A DNA stretch of 64,000 bases from Candidatus Delongbacteria bacterium (GCA_016937995.1 JAFGVM010000016.1:18570-82569); one strand, 5' to 3'; numbered from the stretch's first letter, positions 50,094 through 60,962 are shown. Made by a program: numbers and translations. The notes: generated by a model from the sequence alone, not told the origin.

Positions 50094-51278
50094 TTAGTAA
50101 TCCATTACACATCTGAAACCAACGTTATTACCTTTCCATTTCTTGCCTTTTACCTCTCTCTTGGAAACAGTCAGTTCTGATTTCAGATCTTTCCAGCTTC
50201 CACCTCTGATTATTCTATAATCTTCACCATATTCTTTATCAAGTTTTCCTCCAGGATATGGTTCAGGAATAGACGATGTCCATTCAGCAACGTTACCTGA
50301 AAGATCATATAATTTAAAGTCATTAGGACCATAACTCTTGACATCGAATGGTCCGTCAGTAGTTGGGTTCAGATCATAACAGGCATCTTTTGGTGAGATA
50401 GAATTACTGTAAGGATATTTTAAACCGACAAGACCTCCACGTGCAGCTTTTTCCCATTCCTGCTCAGTTGGAAGACGTTTCCCTGCCCATTTAGCATAAG
50501 CCTCAGCATCCTCATAGGAAACACCAACAATTGGTTGCTTTGCACTGTTAAATCTATCTGATTTCACTCTATCAGGCAGTGTATATCCAGTTTCTTCTAC
50601 AAATATCCTAAACTGCTGTAAAGTTACCTCATGTTCATCAATATAAAATTCCTTAATATACACTTTGTGAACAGGTCTTTCATTAACCGTTTCGTCATTA
50701 CTGCCGATCAGCACTTCATCTGACGGTATTAATACCATGTTCATATTATCTTTTAATGCAGTATAATACTGCATTTCACGTTTGATCCGCTTTATAACAG
50801 GAACTGTATCTTTTTTGTTAGCTGAAGATTTTTTTGCTTCAGCAGCAGCTAATTCCTTCTTTAATCTTTCCTCTTCCTCTAAACGCTTTTTTTCAGCTTC
50901 TTCCTTAGCCTTTGGATCAATATTTTTCATAAATTCCTGAAATAAACTGTCCGCAGTAATAACGTATTGACCGAATTTTTCATTTTTTTTAAGTCCTTCA
51001 ACATATTCCTTACCCGGTGCTGTAAATTCCAACAGATAAATTGCACCAACAAAAATGATTACAAGTAACAATAATAATTTCCCAAGATTCCCTGATTTTT
51101 TTTCACCAACTGGTTTTTGTTTTTTTGACGAAGAAGTATTTGAAGAATATTTACTTGGTGCTTGTTGAACAGCTACTTTTTTCTCTGGTTTTGATGCTCC
51201 GGACGCTAATTTAGTACCACAATTCACACAATTTTTAGCATCATTTGAATTAAGTGTATTACATTTTTTACAAATCAT
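50094..51278 (-). CDS. Zinc-ribbon / single-TM / FGE-sulfatase (SUMF1) domain protein
   Basis: N-terminal CKKCNTLNSNDAKNCVNCG. TM helix. C-terminal FGE motifs RIIRGGSWKD and GFRCV. Confidence 0.75.
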   Translation of the reverse strand: MICKKCNTLNSNDAKNCVNCGTKLASGASKPEKKVAVQQAPSKYSSNTSSSKKQKPVGEKKSGNLGKLLLLLVIIFVGAIYLLEFTAPGKEYVEGLKKNEKFGQYVITADSLFQEFMKNIDPKAKEEAEKKRLEEEERLKKELAAAEAKKSSANKKDTVPVIKRIKREMQYYTALKDNMNMVLIPSDEVLIGSNDETVNERPVHKVYIKEFYIDEHEVTLQQFRIFVEETGYTLPDRVKSDRFNSAKQPIVGVSYEDAEAYAKWAGKRLPTEQEWEKAARGGLVGLKYPYSNSISPKDACYDLNPTTDGPFDVKSYGPNDFKLYDLSGNVAEWTSSIPEPYPGGKLDKEYGEDYRIIRGGSWKDLKSELTVSKREVKGKKWKGNNVGFRCVMDY

Positions 51279-51374
51279 GAATATATCCTCTTATAACTCT
51301 TTTTCTAATTTGATTAAATAAAGCGATATTTTTTATTAATTTCAAGTATAATTATATTTATTTTTGTAATAAAA

Positions 51375-51400
51375 AAGGGTTAAGCTGTGCTTAACCCTTT
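51375..51400. terminator. Hairpin AAGGGTTAAGC-TGTG-CTTAACCCTT adjacent to tRNA-Pro
   Basis: Perfect 11-bp stem. Confidence 0.6.
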
Positions 51401-51405
51401 ATCTG

Positions 51406-51480
51406 TCGGGGCGAGAAGATTCGAACTTCCGACCCCCTGCTCCCAAGGCAGGTGCGCTAACCGGACTGCGCTACGCCCCG
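51406..51480 (-). tRNA. tRNA-Pro (anticodon TGG), CCA not encoded
   Basis: The reverse complement folds as CGGGGCG acceptor stem, D-arm GCGCAGTCCGGTTAGCGC, anticodon stem-loop CCTGC-CTTGGGA-GCAGG, and T-arm GGTTCGAATCT. Confidence 0.85.
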
Positions 51481-51527
51481 AACAAAAGACTGCGAAATAT
51501 AATCTATAGAATTCGATTATTCAAGCT

Positions 51528-52094
51528 TTATTTATCTTTTTTTTCAATTTCTTCCGTAATCTCAGGTTTTTCTTCTTTAGGCTCTTCTGATTCTTCAACC
51601 ACAGCTTCTTCAACCACAGCTTCTTCAACCACAGCCTCTTCAACCACAGCCTCTTCAACCACAGCCTCTTCAACTTTAGGTTTATCAGCCTTTACTTTTT
51701 CGGTTTTAGCTTTTTTAGGTTTGATTTCAGTTTCGTTATCAAATTCTACAAGTTGAATAACCGCAACTTCGGCAGCATCACCTTTTCTTGTCCCAAGTTT
51801 TAAAACCCTAGTATATCCTCCATTTCTTTCCTTGTAATTTGGAGCGATATCATTAAAAAGCTTGTAAACTACTTCTTTATGCCTAAGAAATTTTAATGCT
51901 TGCCTTAAAGAATTCAAATCACCCTTTTTTCCGAGAGTTATCATTTTTTCAGCATATTTTCTTAATTCTTTAGCTTTTGGCAAAGTAGTTTTTATCTGCT
52001 TATGTTCATATAATTGTGCAGACATATTCGCAAACATAGCTTTTCTATGACTTGCTGTTTTATTCAGTTTTCTGCCTTTAACATTGTGACGCAT
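51528..52094 (-). CDS. rplQ: 50S ribosomal protein L17 with roughly 70-aa repetitive acidic C-terminal extension
   Basis: N-terminus [24 protein letters not shown]. Tail contains (EEAVV)x5. Confidence 0.9.
   Translation of the reverse strand: MRHNVKGRKLNKTASHRKAMFANMSAQLYEHKQIKTTLPKAKELRKYAEKMITLGKKGDLNSLRQALKFLRHKEVVYKLFNDIAPNYKERNGGYTRVLKLGTRKGDAAEVAVIQLVEFDNETEIKPKKAKTEKVKADKPKVEEAVVEEAVVEEAVVEEAVVEEAVVEESEEPKEEKPEITEEIEKKDK
51592..51674. repeat. 15-bp tandem repeat (about 5.5 copies, CTTCAACCACAGCYT) inside rplQ encoding EEAVV repeats
   Basis: Direct tandem copies readable in sequence. The third position varies between T and C. Confidence 0.85.
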
Positions 52095-52106
52095 TTTATT
52101 ATTCCT

Positions 52107-53105
52107 CTATGATTTCTTTTTTTTGCTTTGAGAATCATTAAGATACTTATCTACATCCATACCGAACTCGAGTGATTTTTCTTTAAGCACCTTATTAAGC
52201 TCAGCAAGTGATTTTTTACCAAAATTTCTAAATTTCAGCATTTCACTTTCTTTTTTTCGGGCCAATTCACCAATAGTTTTCACTTTTGCATCAGTCAAAC
52301 AATTATATGATCTTACTGAAAGTTCAAGTTCATCAATAGACATTTTTAGAAGATTTCTCTTCTTAATAATATCTGGATCTTCGTCTTCAAAAGCATCAGT
52401 ATCTTCTTCAACTTCAAATTTTATAAAGAGATTTATATGATCTCTTAGGATCTGACTTGCATAAGTTATTGCTTCTTCCGGACTGATCGAAGCATCTGTA
52501 TGAACTTCTAATGTAAGTTTCTCGTAATCTGTCCTATCACCAACTCTTGTACTGTCAATATTGTAACTTACTTTCAGTATGGGTGAAAAAATCGAATCTA
52601 TTGCAATAGTTCCGATTGGATCACTTTCATCTCTATTCCCGTCTGAAGATACGTAACCACGTCCAAGTTTAATATTTAATTCGATGCTGAACTCTGAATC
52701 TTCATTCAAAGTAGCTATCACAAATTCTGGATTAAATACACCTACTTCACCACCGGATGCATCTTCAATATCTTTTGCAGTGAACACTTTAGGGCCCTTC
52801 AAATTAACCGTAACTTTGGAAGTTCTTCCCTCATTAAGTTTCAGTTTAACCTGCTTAAGATTCAGTATCATGATCGCTACATCTTCCTTTACACCAGCTA
52901 TGCTAGAGAACTCATGTAATACATTGTCGATCTTGATACTATATATAGCCGCACCTTGTATCGAAGAAAGAAGAACTCTCTTCATAGCATGACCAATTGT
53001 TATTCCGTAACCTCTTTCCAGAGGGGAGACAATAAATTTTCCATAATTGTCTTTTAAAGTCTTAATTTCAAGAGACTCGGGTATTTTAAAAGGTAATACA
53101 GCCAT
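52107..53105 (-). CDS. rpoA: DNA-directed RNA polymerase subunit alpha
   Basis: 332 aa. Conserved N-terminal domain and C-terminal domain. Confidence 0.9.
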   Translation of the reverse strand: MAVLPFKIPESLEIKTLKDNYGKFIVSPLERGYGITIGHAMKRVLLSSIQGAAIYSIKIDNVLHEFSSIAGVKEDVAIMILNLKQVKLKLNEGRTSKVTVNLKGPKVFTAKDIEDASGGEVGVFNPEFVIATLNEDSEFSIELNIKLGRGYVSSDGNRDESDPIGTIAIDSIFSPILKVSYNIDSTRVGDRTDYEKLTLEVHTDASISPEEAITYASQILRDHINLFIKFEVEEDTDAFEDEDPDIIKKRNLLKMSIDELELSVRSYNCLTDAKVKTIGELARKKESEMLKFRNFGKKSLAELNKVLKEKSLEFGMDVDKYLNDSQSKKKKS

Positions 53106-53117
53106 TTTTTTCTCGCA

Positions 53118-53735
53118 TTATTTAGAATAAAGTTCCACGATTAACTGTTCGTTAACTTTGACCATTATATCTTCTCTTTTAGGTGTTTCAATAAGAGTTC
53201 CTTCTAAAGTAGCTTTATCCACTTTTAAGTATGGCCTTGGATTTTCACTTACTCTTTTTAGAGATTCGTGAATAATTTCCATTTTATGAGATTTTTCTCT
53301 AACAGAAATCACATCTCCAACCTTTACTAAATAGGATGGTATATTTGTAGAAATTCCGTTAACCAATAAATGCTTATGAGACACTAGCTGTCTTGCTGCT
53401 CTTTGACTTGGTGCAAAACCTAAACGGTAAACAAGAGTATCTAATCTGCATTCTAATCTGACAATCAGATTTTCACCTGTGATACCCTTATCTGTTTTCG
53501 CTTTCTCATAAGTATTTCTGAATTGTTTCTCTAATAATCCGTAAATATATTTTGCTTTCTGTTTCTCTCTCAACTGCAAAGCATATTCAGACAATCTTTT
53601 TCTTCTTCCTTCAGCACCGTGTTGACCAGGAGCATAAGGTTTTTTCTGAAGAATTTTATCATATTTCGGATTACCAAAGATGTTTTCACCATACTTTCTA
53701 GTAATCTTTCCTCTAGGAGTTAAATTTCTCGCCAT
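53118..53735 (-). CDS. rpsD: 30S ribosomal protein S4
   Basis: MARNLTPRGKITRKYGE N-terminus. 205 aa. Confidence 0.9.
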   Translation of the reverse strand: MARNLTPRGKITRKYGENIFGNPKYDKILQKKPYAPGQHGAEGRRKRLSEYALQLREKQKAKYIYGLLEKQFRNTYEKAKTDKGITGENLIVRLECRLDTLVYRLGFAPSQRAARQLVSHKHLLVNGISTNIPSYLVKVGDVISVREKSHKMEIIHESLKRVSENPRPYLKVDKATLEGTLIETPKREDIMVKVNEQLIVELYSK

Positions 53736-53756
53736 TGTACAATTCTCCGATACTTA

Positions 53757-54149
53757 TTAAATTCTTCTTTTTTTCTTAGGCCTACAACCATTGTGTGGTA
53801 CTGGAGTAATATCCTTTATAGAAAGGATCTCTAATCCTGCAGCATTGAGTGATCTTATTGAAGATTCTCTTCCTGCACCCGGACCCTTTACTATAACATG
53901 GACCTTTTTCAAACCCAGGTTAATTGCCTCTTTTGCAATTTGTTCACTGGCTATTGTCGCAGCAAAACTGGTATTTTTCTTTGATCCTTTATACCCGACT
54001 TTACCGCCACTAGACCAATTTATAATATTTCCGTAGTTATCTGACAGGCATACAACAGTATTGTTGAAGGTTGCTTTGATATGTGCAACACCTATCGGTT
54101 CTACTTTTTCTTTCTTTTTTAGCTTTTTTCTTTTTTTTGCTACAGCCAA
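53757..54149 (-). CDS. rpsK: 30S ribosomal protein S11
   Basis: 130 aa, conserved. Confidence 0.9.
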   Translation of the reverse strand: MAVAKKRKKLKKKEKVEPIGVAHIKATFNNTVVCLSDNYGNIINWSSGGKVGYKGSKKNTSFAATIASEQIAKEAINLGLKKVHVIVKGPGAGRESSIRSLNAAGLEILSIKDITPVPHNGCRPKKKRRI

Positions 54150-54180
54150 GATGCCCTCCCTTGAGCAAAATAATTAAAGT

Positions 54181-54552
54181 CTATGCTTTCTTTTTCTTGA
54201 TAGCCATTTTCTTTTTACCCTTTCTGGTACGAGCATTAGTTTTAGTTCTCTGACCATTCACAGGTAAACCTTTTCTATGACGTACACCTCTGTAATTACC
54301 AATATCCATCAATCTCTTGATAGCTAATTTTGTCTGAGTTCTTAATGTTCCTTCGATCACATACTCATCGGTAATTGTCTTTCTGATAATATCAACTTCT
54401 TCCTCTGTTAAATCCTTGATCTTTTTGTCGTAATCGATCTTTAAACTATCAAGAATTTCCTTTGAAGTTGAACGTCCGATACCATAGATATAAGTTAATC
54501 CTATCTCTACTCTTTTATTTGTTGGTAGATCTACACCAGCTATACGAGCCAA
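54181..54552 (-). CDS. rpsM: 30S ribosomal protein S13
   Basis: [11 protein letters not shown]-terminus. Confidence 0.9.
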   Translation of the reverse strand: MARIAGVDLPTNKRVEIGLTYIYGIGRSTSKEILDSLKIDYDKKIKDLTEEEVDIIRKTITDEYVIEGTLRTQTKLAIKRLMDIGNYRGVRHRKGLPVNGQRTKTNARTRKGKKKMAIKKKKA

Positions 54553-54563
54553 ATTTTCCCCCC

Positions 54564-54677
54564 TTAGCCTTGTCTTTGCTTATGTCTTTTAGTTTTGCAG
54601 ATAACACGTACAACACCATTTCTTTTTATGATCTTGCAGTGTTCGCATATTTTCTTTACAGATGCTCTAACTTTCAT
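54564..54677 (-). CDS. rpmJ: 50S ribosomal protein L36 (not in the supplied ORF track)
   Basis: Manual translation gives [37 protein letters not shown], 37 aa. The position between infA and rpsM is canonical. Confidence 0.8.
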   Translation of the reverse strand: MKVRASVKKICEHCKIIKRNGVVRVICKTKRHKQRQG

Positions 54678-54692
54678 TTTGATACTCCCGAA

Positions 54693-54911
54693 TCATTTGT
54701 TTCTGTAAGTAATTCTTCCTTTAGTGAGATCGTATGGTGACATTTCAACTTTAACTTTGTCGCCAGGAACCATTTTTATGTAGTACATTCTCATCTTGCC
54801 GGAAACATGCGCAGTGATAACATGTCCATTTTCTAGTTCTACTTTAAATGTTGCATTCGGTAATGCTTCCTTGATCACACCATCTACTTTTATTGAGGAT
54901 TCTTTTGCCAT
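54693..54911 (-). CDS. infA: Translation initiation factor IF-1
   Basis: 72 aa S1-like fold, conserved. Confidence 0.9.
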   Translation of the reverse strand: MAKESSIKVDGVIKEALPNATFKVELENGHVITAHVSGKMRMYYIKMVPGDKVKVEMSPYDLTKGRITYRNK

Positions 54912-54917
54912 AATTTT

Positions 54918-55571
54918 TTATTGAACCTTCTTTTCTTTAATGTGTCTATTCAGTTCTTCGAAAATGTCTGAGATCTTACCTACACCGTCAATATTGACCA
55001 ATAGACTCTTTTCGGAATAGTAAGATATCAGAGGTTTAGTATTCTTATCATAAACATCAAGTCTGTTTCTGACGACATCTTCTTTATCATCATCACGAAT
55101 AATTATTTCTCCATTGCATAGATCACAATTAACACCCTTAGGTGGATTTGAAATCATGTTGTACCCTTTTCCACAGTTCTTACACATTCTTCTAGAATTC
55201 AATCTGGAGATTATTATTTCAAATGGAACTTCTATGTTCACTACTAAATCTAATTTTCTTCCTCTTTCAACAAGTAGATCATCTAACAATTTTGTTTGTT
55301 CTATATTTCTAGGAAAGCCATCAAAGATCACCCCATTATCACAATCAGATTTTTTAATCCTTTCTGATAAAAGTTTAAGCACACATTCATTCTCTACAAG
55401 CTCTCCTTTATCCATCTTTACTTTTGCCTTTATACCGACTTCAGTTTTATTACTAACAGCTTCTCTTAGAAGATCACCAGTTGATACTTGAACAATACCA
55501 TATACTTTTTCAAGTAATTCAGCCTGACTTCCCTTTCCACTTCCTGGAGCTCCTAATAATAAAATATCCAT
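54918..55571 (-). CDS. adk: Adenylate kinase (zinc-lid type)
   Basis: P-loop GAPGSGKGSQ. Lid cysteines CKNCG...CDLC. Confidence 0.9.
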   Translation of the reverse strand: MDILLLGAPGSGKGSQAELLEKVYGIVQVSTGDLLREAVSNKTEVGIKAKVKMDKGELVENECVLKLLSERIKKSDCDNGVIFDGFPRNIEQTKLLDDLLVERGRKLDLVVNIEVPFEIIISRLNSRRMCKNCGKGYNMISNPPKGVNCDLCNGEIIIRDDDKEDVVRNRLDVYDKNTKPLISYYSEKSLLVNIDGVGKISDIFEELNRHIKEKKVQ

Positions 55572-56893
55572 TATCTTCTTCCTTTCAACTTACCAGTTTT
55601 CAAGAAACCATCGTAATGATGCATTAACAGGAATGATTCAATTTGCTGAAGAGTATCAAGACCAACTCCAACTAAAATGATCAGACTTGTTCCACCGAAG
55701 AATGCAGCCAGATTATATGACACTGCAGGATATATCTTCATAACTATATTAGGCATGATCGCAATTATTCCTAAAAACAGAGCACCCGGAAAAGATATTT
55801 TTGAAACCACGGCATCAATATAATCAGCAGTATTTTTCCCTGGTTTTACTCCCGGGATAAATCCACCACTCTGCTTTAAATTGTTAGCCACGTCATCAGG
55901 ATTAAATGTAATTGCTGTATAGAAATAAGTGAAGAAGATTATGACGAGCATGTATATTCCCATGTAAGAATATGATCTGTAGTCAAACAGTGCTATGATC
56001 CATCTTCTTGCAACTGATTCTTCCGGTAAGAATTGTGCGAAAGTATTAGGAAAGAACATTATTGATTGAGCAAATATAATAGGCATAACACCGGCCATAT
56101 TTAGCCTTAGTGGAATATGTGATACCTGATTTGCTGATGATCTTCCGGCAACCTGTCTTTTAGCGTAATGAACACTTACTTTTCTTATCGCCTGAGTTAG
56201 CAGAACTACAGCTGATATCGCTCCTAACATACCTACCCATAAGATCAATTCAACTACAATTTCTCTGTTTCCATTCTGTAATTGAACGAATTCTTCTATT
56301 ACTGCCAATGGAAATCTTGCTAAAATACCTAATGTAATTATTAGAGAAATTCCACTACCGATACCTTTATTAGTGATCTGCTCACCTAACCACATTAACA
56401 ATATTGTTCCTGTAGCTAATGTCAGCATTGTCATCAAATAAAATCCTAATGAAGGATTTGGTACCACAGCCATTCTATCTGAATTCATACTTACGAGAAA
56501 CTTAGCAACTCCCCATCCCTGGGCTGCAGCTAGGAAAACAGTTCCGTATCTTGTATATTGAGTTATCTTTCTTCTACCGTCCTCATCTCTCTGCATCTTA
56601 GATATCGTTGGAAAAACAGATCCTAATAGCTGAATTATGATTGACGATGAAATATATGGCATGATCCCTAAAGCAAAGATTGCAGCTTTTTTAAATGCTC
56701 CACCTGTGAACATATCAAACATACCAAATAAAGAGTTTTGAGCTTGTTCGAAAAAATAACTCAATGCACCGAGATTAATACCAGGCAAAGGTATATGAGC
56801 TCCAACTCTACAGATGAATAAGATCCCTAAAGTAAAAAGTATCTTTTTTCTTAATTCAGGAATTTTCATTATTTTTTGAAGTTTATCAATCAT
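55571..56893 (-). CDS. secY: Preprotein translocase subunit SecY
   Basis: 440 aa, 10-TM conserved. Confidence 0.9.
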   Translation of the reverse strand: MIDKLQKIMKIPELRKKILFTLGILFICRVGAHIPLPGINLGALSYFFEQAQNSLFGMFDMFTGGAFKKAAIFALGIMPYISSSIIIQLLGSVFPTISKMQRDEDGRRKITQYTRYGTVFLAAAQGWGVAKFLVSMNSDRMAVVPNPSLGFYLMTMLTLATGTILLMWLGEQITNKGIGSGISLIITLGILARFPLAVIEEFVQLQNGNREIVVELILWVGMLGAISAVVLLTQAIRKVSVHYAKRQVAGRSSANQVSHIPLRLNMAGVMPIIFAQSIMFFPNTFAQFLPEESVARRWIIALFDYRSYSYMGIYMLVIIFFTYFYTAITFNPDDVANNLKQSGGFIPGVKPGKNTADYIDAVVSKISFPGALFLGIIAIMPNIVMKIYPAVSYNLAAFFGGTSLIILVGVGLDTLQQIESFLLMHHYDGFLKTGKLKGRR

Positions 56894-57324
56894 AATTTAA
56901 CCACTTTACCTTTGGCTTCAGTTATTTTTTCTTCTGCTGATTTGCTAAATGCATTTGCTTGAACTTCAATACTTTTTGTTAGTGTACCATTACCCAAGAT
57001 CTTAACAGGCATGTTAGCTTTTACGATACCTTTTTCTAACAATATTCCCGGAGTTATAAGTTCTTCTTTCAGATTCTCCAACGCACTAATATTAACTGTT
57101 GTGTACTCAATTCTTGTACGGTTATTAAATCCTCTTTTTGGTAATCTCCTTGTTAAAGGAGTCTGTCCACCCTCGCTGTATAAAGCTCTACTGTATCCGG
57201 ACCTTGATTTTTGTCCGTTTTCACCTCTACCTGCTGTCTTACCGTTCCCGGACGCCTGTCCTCTTCCAACTCTATTTCTTTTCTTAACTGATCCTTTTGC
57301 AGGTCTTAGTTCGTTTATTTTCAT
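56890..57324 (-). CDS. rplO: 50S ribosomal protein L15
   Basis: 144 aa, G/R-rich N-terminus. Confidence 0.9.
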   Translation of the reverse strand: MKINELRPAKGSVKKRNRVGRGQASGNGKTAGRGENGQKSRSGYSRALYSEGGQTPLTRRLPKRGFNNRTRIEYTTVNISALENLKEELITPGILLEKGIVKANMPVKILGNGTLTKSIEVQANAFSKSAEEKITEAKGKVVKL

Positions 57325-57339
57325 CTTAATACTTCCACG

Positions 57340-57525
57340 TTAAATTTCTTCTACTCGAACCATATGTTTAACTTTAAAAAGCATGCCTCTAACTTCAGGT
57401 GTGTCCTTAAATTCCTTTGAATAATTAAGTTTTCTCAAACCTAAAGCATCAATAGTTCTTTTTGTACCTTGTTTTTGACCAATCAAGCTTTTTACTAAAG
57501 TTGCTTTAATCATTTTTTCAGACAT
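57340..57525 (-). CDS. rpmD: 50S ribosomal protein L30
   Basis: 61 aa. Confidence 0.85.
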   Translation of the reverse strand: MSEKMIKATLVKSLIGQKQGTKRTIDALGLRKLNYSKEFKDTPEVRGMLFKVKHMVRVEEI

Positions 57526-57547
57526 TTCTTCCTCTTTAATGCAAATT

Positions 57548-58072
57548 TTAATTATAAAGCTTTTCTTTATTTATCTTTCTTTCTTTCAGCACCATGAACT
57601 CACTTTTCATTAACGAAAGACCTTTAATAGTCGCTTTTACAATATTATGCGCATTTGAACTTCCCATAGATTTAGAAAGAATATTATGATAGCCTGCACA
57701 TTCTAATACTGATCTTACAACTCCACCTGCAATAACTCCAGTTCCCTGTGCAGCAGGTTTTAGTAAAACCTTTCCAGCTCCAAATTTTGCAATTATTTCA
57801 TGTGGTACTGTTCCGTTAACTATCGGCACATCGATCAAGTTTCTTTTTGCCTCTTCAATTCCCTTTGCAATAGCATCTGTCACCTCAAGAGCTTTTCCAA
57901 GTCCCCAGCCGACTTTTCCTTTTCCATCACCAACGACCATAATTGCATTAAAACTGAAGTTTTTACCGCCCTTAACAACTTTTGTTACTCTGTTAATCTT
58001 AACCATTTTTTCGATTAGTTGCGGAGCATCATCTTTAGTTTTAAAATTTTTCTTATTATTCTCGCGAGCCAA
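57548..58072 (-). CDS. rpsE: 30S ribosomal protein S5
   Basis: 174 aa. Confidence 0.9.
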   Translation of the reverse strand: MARENNKKNFKTKDDAPQLIEKMVKINRVTKVVKGGKNFSFNAIMVVGDGKGKVGWGLGKALEVTDAIAKGIEEAKRNLIDVPIVNGTVPHEIIAKFGAGKVLLKPAAQGTGVIAGGVVRSVLECAGYHNILSKSMGSSNAHNIVKATIKGLSLMKSEFMVLKERKINKEKLYN

Positions 58073-58087
58073 ATTTCACCTCTTTTC

Positions 58088-58468
58088 TTAAAATTTTATA
58101 CCGGACTTTCTTACGCCTTCGGCAAATGATTTAACTCTACCATGATAAAGATATCCATTTCTGTCAAATACGATATTCTCGATCTTGGCTTCATTAATCT
58201 TTTTACCTAGTATAGTCCCGATAATAAAAGCAATCCCTGTCTTGCCTTTAACATTCTCTGAAGATTTTATCTGCTCTTCAACTTCGGTCGAATTACTGGA
58301 AATACTTAGCAAAGTTTTACCATTAACATCATCAATCAGTTGACCATAAAAGTGTAAATTGCTTCTAAATACACTTAGCCTTGGTTTTTCTGGAGTACCA
58401 AAGACACTGTTCCTTATGCTCATTTTTCTTCTTGACCTTGCTGTATTCTTATTATTTTTCATGTTCAA
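58088..58468 (-). CDS. rplR: 50S ribosomal protein L18
   Basis: 126 aa. Confidence 0.9.
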   Translation of the reverse strand: MNMKNNKNTARSRRKMSIRNSVFGTPEKPRLSVFRSNLHFYGQLIDDVNGKTLLSISSNSTEVEEQIKSSENVKGKTGIAFIIGTILGKKINEAKIENIVFDRNGYLYHGRVKSFAEGVRKSGIKF

Positions 58469-58486
58469 TCACCTTATGAATAAATA

Positions 58487-59038
58487 CTACGCTTTAGCAG
58501 TCTTACCAGCTTTTCTAATGATCAATTCATCCTTGTATCTGAATCCCTTACCTTTGTAAGGCTCCGGTTTTCTGAATGATCTTACTTTCGCTGCCATTAA
58601 ACCTACAACTTCTTTGTTAATACCAGAAATTTTTAATTCTGATTTATTACTGATTGGATTTGTTGCTTCCATAGTTATTCCTTCTGGAATGCCTAAATAA
58701 ATAGGGTGAGAATAACCAAGATACATTACAAGGTAGTTTTGTTTAACTTCCATTTTCCAACCAACTCCTTCCAGGATCAGTTCTTTGGTAAAACCTTCAG
58801 ATACCCCTACGATCATATTATTTACAAGTGATCTAAAAAGACCATGAAAAGCTCTTGTTCGCTTAACTTCGTCAGTTCTCTTTAATTCTACAACTCCTTC
58901 GTTGTTCTCAATTGTAATAACATCAGGTAGTTCAAGGCTTAATTCTCCTTTAGGACCTTTAGCAGTAACGTTTTTTTGGTTTACTTCTAAACTTACACCT
59001 TCAGGAAGTTTTATTATTTTTTTTCCAATTCTTGACAC
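58487..59038 (-). CDS. rplF: 50S ribosomal protein L6 (start revised to GTG at 59038; the 59086 ATG would overlap rpsH)
   Basis: The L6 N-terminus starts at VSRIGKKIIKLPEGV. An AGAGGTGA RBS precedes the GTG. The longer ORF would overlap the rpsH 3-prime end. Confidence 0.8.
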   Translation of the reverse strand: MSRIGKKIIKLPEGVSLEVNQKNVTAKGPKGELSLELPDVITIENNEGVVELKRTDEVKRTRAFHGLFRSLVNNMIVGVSEGFTKELILEGVGWKMEVKQNYLVMYLGYSHPIYLGIPEGITMEATNPISNKSELKISGINKEVVGLMAAKVRSFRKPEPYKGKGFRYKDELIIRKAGKTAKA

Positions 59039-59051
59039 TAAATCACCTCTT

Positions 59052-59450
59052 TTACCAAATATAACAAAGTACTTCTCCGCCAACATTCAATGTTTTGGCT
59101 TTTTTGTTTGTAACAACACCTTTTGAGGTTGACAAGATCGCCATACCAAAATTGTTTTTAATCCTTGGTATGTCTTTCATACTTGTATATTTCCTCAAAC
59201 CTGGTCTACTTACTCTTTCTAAACCACTAATTATGCTCTTACCATACTCATCATATCTTAAATACACTCTTATGATTCCCTGTTTTGTATCTCTGATGTT
59301 GATGTACTTCTCTATGTAGGCCTGGTCAAGTAATATTCTTACTATTTGGCGCTTAAGATTAGAAGCGGGTATATCCACATATTTATGTTTAGCTTTAGTT
59401 GCATTTCTTATCCTAGTAAGCAAATCAGCAATAGGATCTGTCATTGTCAT
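59052..59450 (-). CDS. rpsH: 30S ribosomal protein S8
   Basis: 132 aa. Confidence 0.9.
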   Translation of the reverse strand: MTMTDPIADLLTRIRNATKAKHKYVDIPASNLKRQIVRILLDQAYIEKYINIRDTKQGIIRVYLRYDEYGKSIISGLERVSRPGLRKYTSMKDIPRIKNNFGMAILSTSKGVVTNKKAKTLNVGGEVLCYIW

Positions 59451-59482
59451 TTTTTTATCTCCTTGTGAGTATAAACTCTATC

Positions 59483-59668
59483 TTACCAGCTAGCTTTTCT
59501 AACACCAGTTATTTCACCGTAACTTGCCAGCTCTCTAAAACAAATTCTACAAACACCAAACTCACGCATATACCCTCTAGGTCTTCCACATCTTTGACAC
59601 CTATTGTATTGGCGAACTTTGAATTTTTGTTTTTTATTAGCTTTTGCAATCATTGATTTCTTAGCCAT
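59483..59668 (-). CDS. rpsN: 30S ribosomal protein S14 type Z (zinc-binding)
   Basis: 61 aa with [14 protein letters not shown]. Confidence 0.9.
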   Translation of the reverse strand: MAKKSMIAKANKKQKFKVRQYNRCQRCGRPRGYMREFGVCRICFRELASYGEITGVRKASW

Positions 59669-60234
59669 TACTCTTCCTCAGTTTTTGTTTTCTTGAATGG
59701 GAAACCCATAACTTTTAATAGCTCAAAAGCTTCTTCATCTGTTTTTGCTGTAGTTACAATAGTAATGTTAAGTCCATTTACTCTGATAACATTATCAAAC
59801 TTAATTTCAGGGAAAACAGTTTGCTCTTTCACACCAAAATTATAGTTCCCTCTCCCATCAAAAGACTCTCTAGGAAAACCTTGAAAATCTCTTACTCGTG
59901 GAATTGAAACAGTTATCAATCTATCTAAGAATTCATACATTATCTTGCTTCTTAGAGTTGTGTGAGCTCCAATGTTCATTCCTTTTCTAAGTTTGAAATT
60001 AGAAACAGATTTCTTAGCTTTACTGATAGCAGGTTTTTGACCGGATATCAGTGTAAGTTCCTCTATAGCAGCATCCAATAATTTACTATCTTTTATTGAT
60101 TCACCCATACCCATATTAAGTTTAACTTTGGATATTTTAGGTAGCTGCATAACACTTTTATACTGAAATTTTTCCATCAAGTGAGGACAAGCTGTTTCTT
60201 TATATCTTGTTTTCAGTCTAGGTTGATTATTCAT
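59668..60234 (-). CDS. rplE: 50S ribosomal protein L5
   Basis: 188 aa. Confidence 0.9.
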   Translation of the reverse strand: MNNQPRLKTRYKETACPHLMEKFQYKSVMQLPKISKVKLNMGMGESIKDSKLLDAAIEELTLISGQKPAISKAKKSVSNFKLRKGMNIGAHTTLRSKIMYEFLDRLITVSIPRVRDFQGFPRESFDGRGNYNFGVKEQTVFPEIKFDNVIRVNGLNITIVTTAKTDEEAFELLKVMGFPFKKTKTEEE

Positions 60235-60248
60235 TATTTCCCTCTACT

Positions 60249-60557
60249 TTAAACAGGTTTGTTACAGATTTTGCAAACTCTTGTAACACTTCCGTCTTCG
60301 TTTCTGTTTGATGAACTCCTTACGGCTTTACCACAATTATCGCATACTAGCATAACATTTGAAGCATTTATTGATGCTTCTTTTTCAATTATACCACCTT
60401 GCTGATTCGCCTGATTCGGCTTTTGGTGTTTCTTTACGATATTAACACCTTCAACAATTACGCGATTCTTAGAAAGAAGTACTTTGATTACTTTTCCTTC
60501 TTTGCCTTTATGGTTACCGGCTATTACTTTTACTTTGTCGTTTCTTTTAATCTTCAT
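60249..60557 (-). CDS. rplX: 50S ribosomal protein L24
   Basis: 102 aa KOW domain. Confidence 0.9.
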   Translation of the reverse strand: MKIKRNDKVKVIAGNHKGKEGKVIKVLLSKNRVIVEGVNIVKKHQKPNQANQQGGIIEKEASINASNVMLVCDNCGKAVRSSSNRNEDGSVTRVCKICNKPV

Positions 60558-60577
60558 TATAATTATAACCTTTTTAG

Positions 60578-60946
60578 TTACAATACTTCCGGAGCCAGTG
60601 AAATAATCTTCATATAGCCTTTTTCTCTTAACTCTCTAGCTACAGGGCCAAAAATCCTTGTTCCTTTCGGTTCATTCTTTTCGTCCAGTATAACTGCTGA
60701 ATTTTCATCGAATCTAATGTAAGATCCATCGGCTCTTTTAATTTCTTTCTTCGTTCTCACTACTACAGCTCGAACCACTTCTCCTTTTTTTACAGTACCA
60801 CCCGGTATCGCACTTTTTATCGATCCAACAATAATATCTCCGATACTTGCATACCTTTTTTTAGTACCACCCAATATTCTGAAAGCTAATATTGATTTAG
60901 CTCCCGTATTGTCTGCAACATTTAATCTAGTTTCTTCTTGTATCAT
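60578..60946 (-). CDS. rplN: 50S ribosomal protein L14
   Basis: [17 protein letters not shown]. Confidence 0.9.
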   Translation of the reverse strand: MIQEETRLNVADNTGAKSILAFRILGGTKKRYASIGDIIVGSIKSAIPGGTVKKGEVVRAVVVRTKKEIKRADGSYIRFDENSAVILDEKNEPKGTRIFGPVARELREKGYMKIISLAPEVL

Positions 60947-60962
60947 TTCTGAACCCTAAGTG

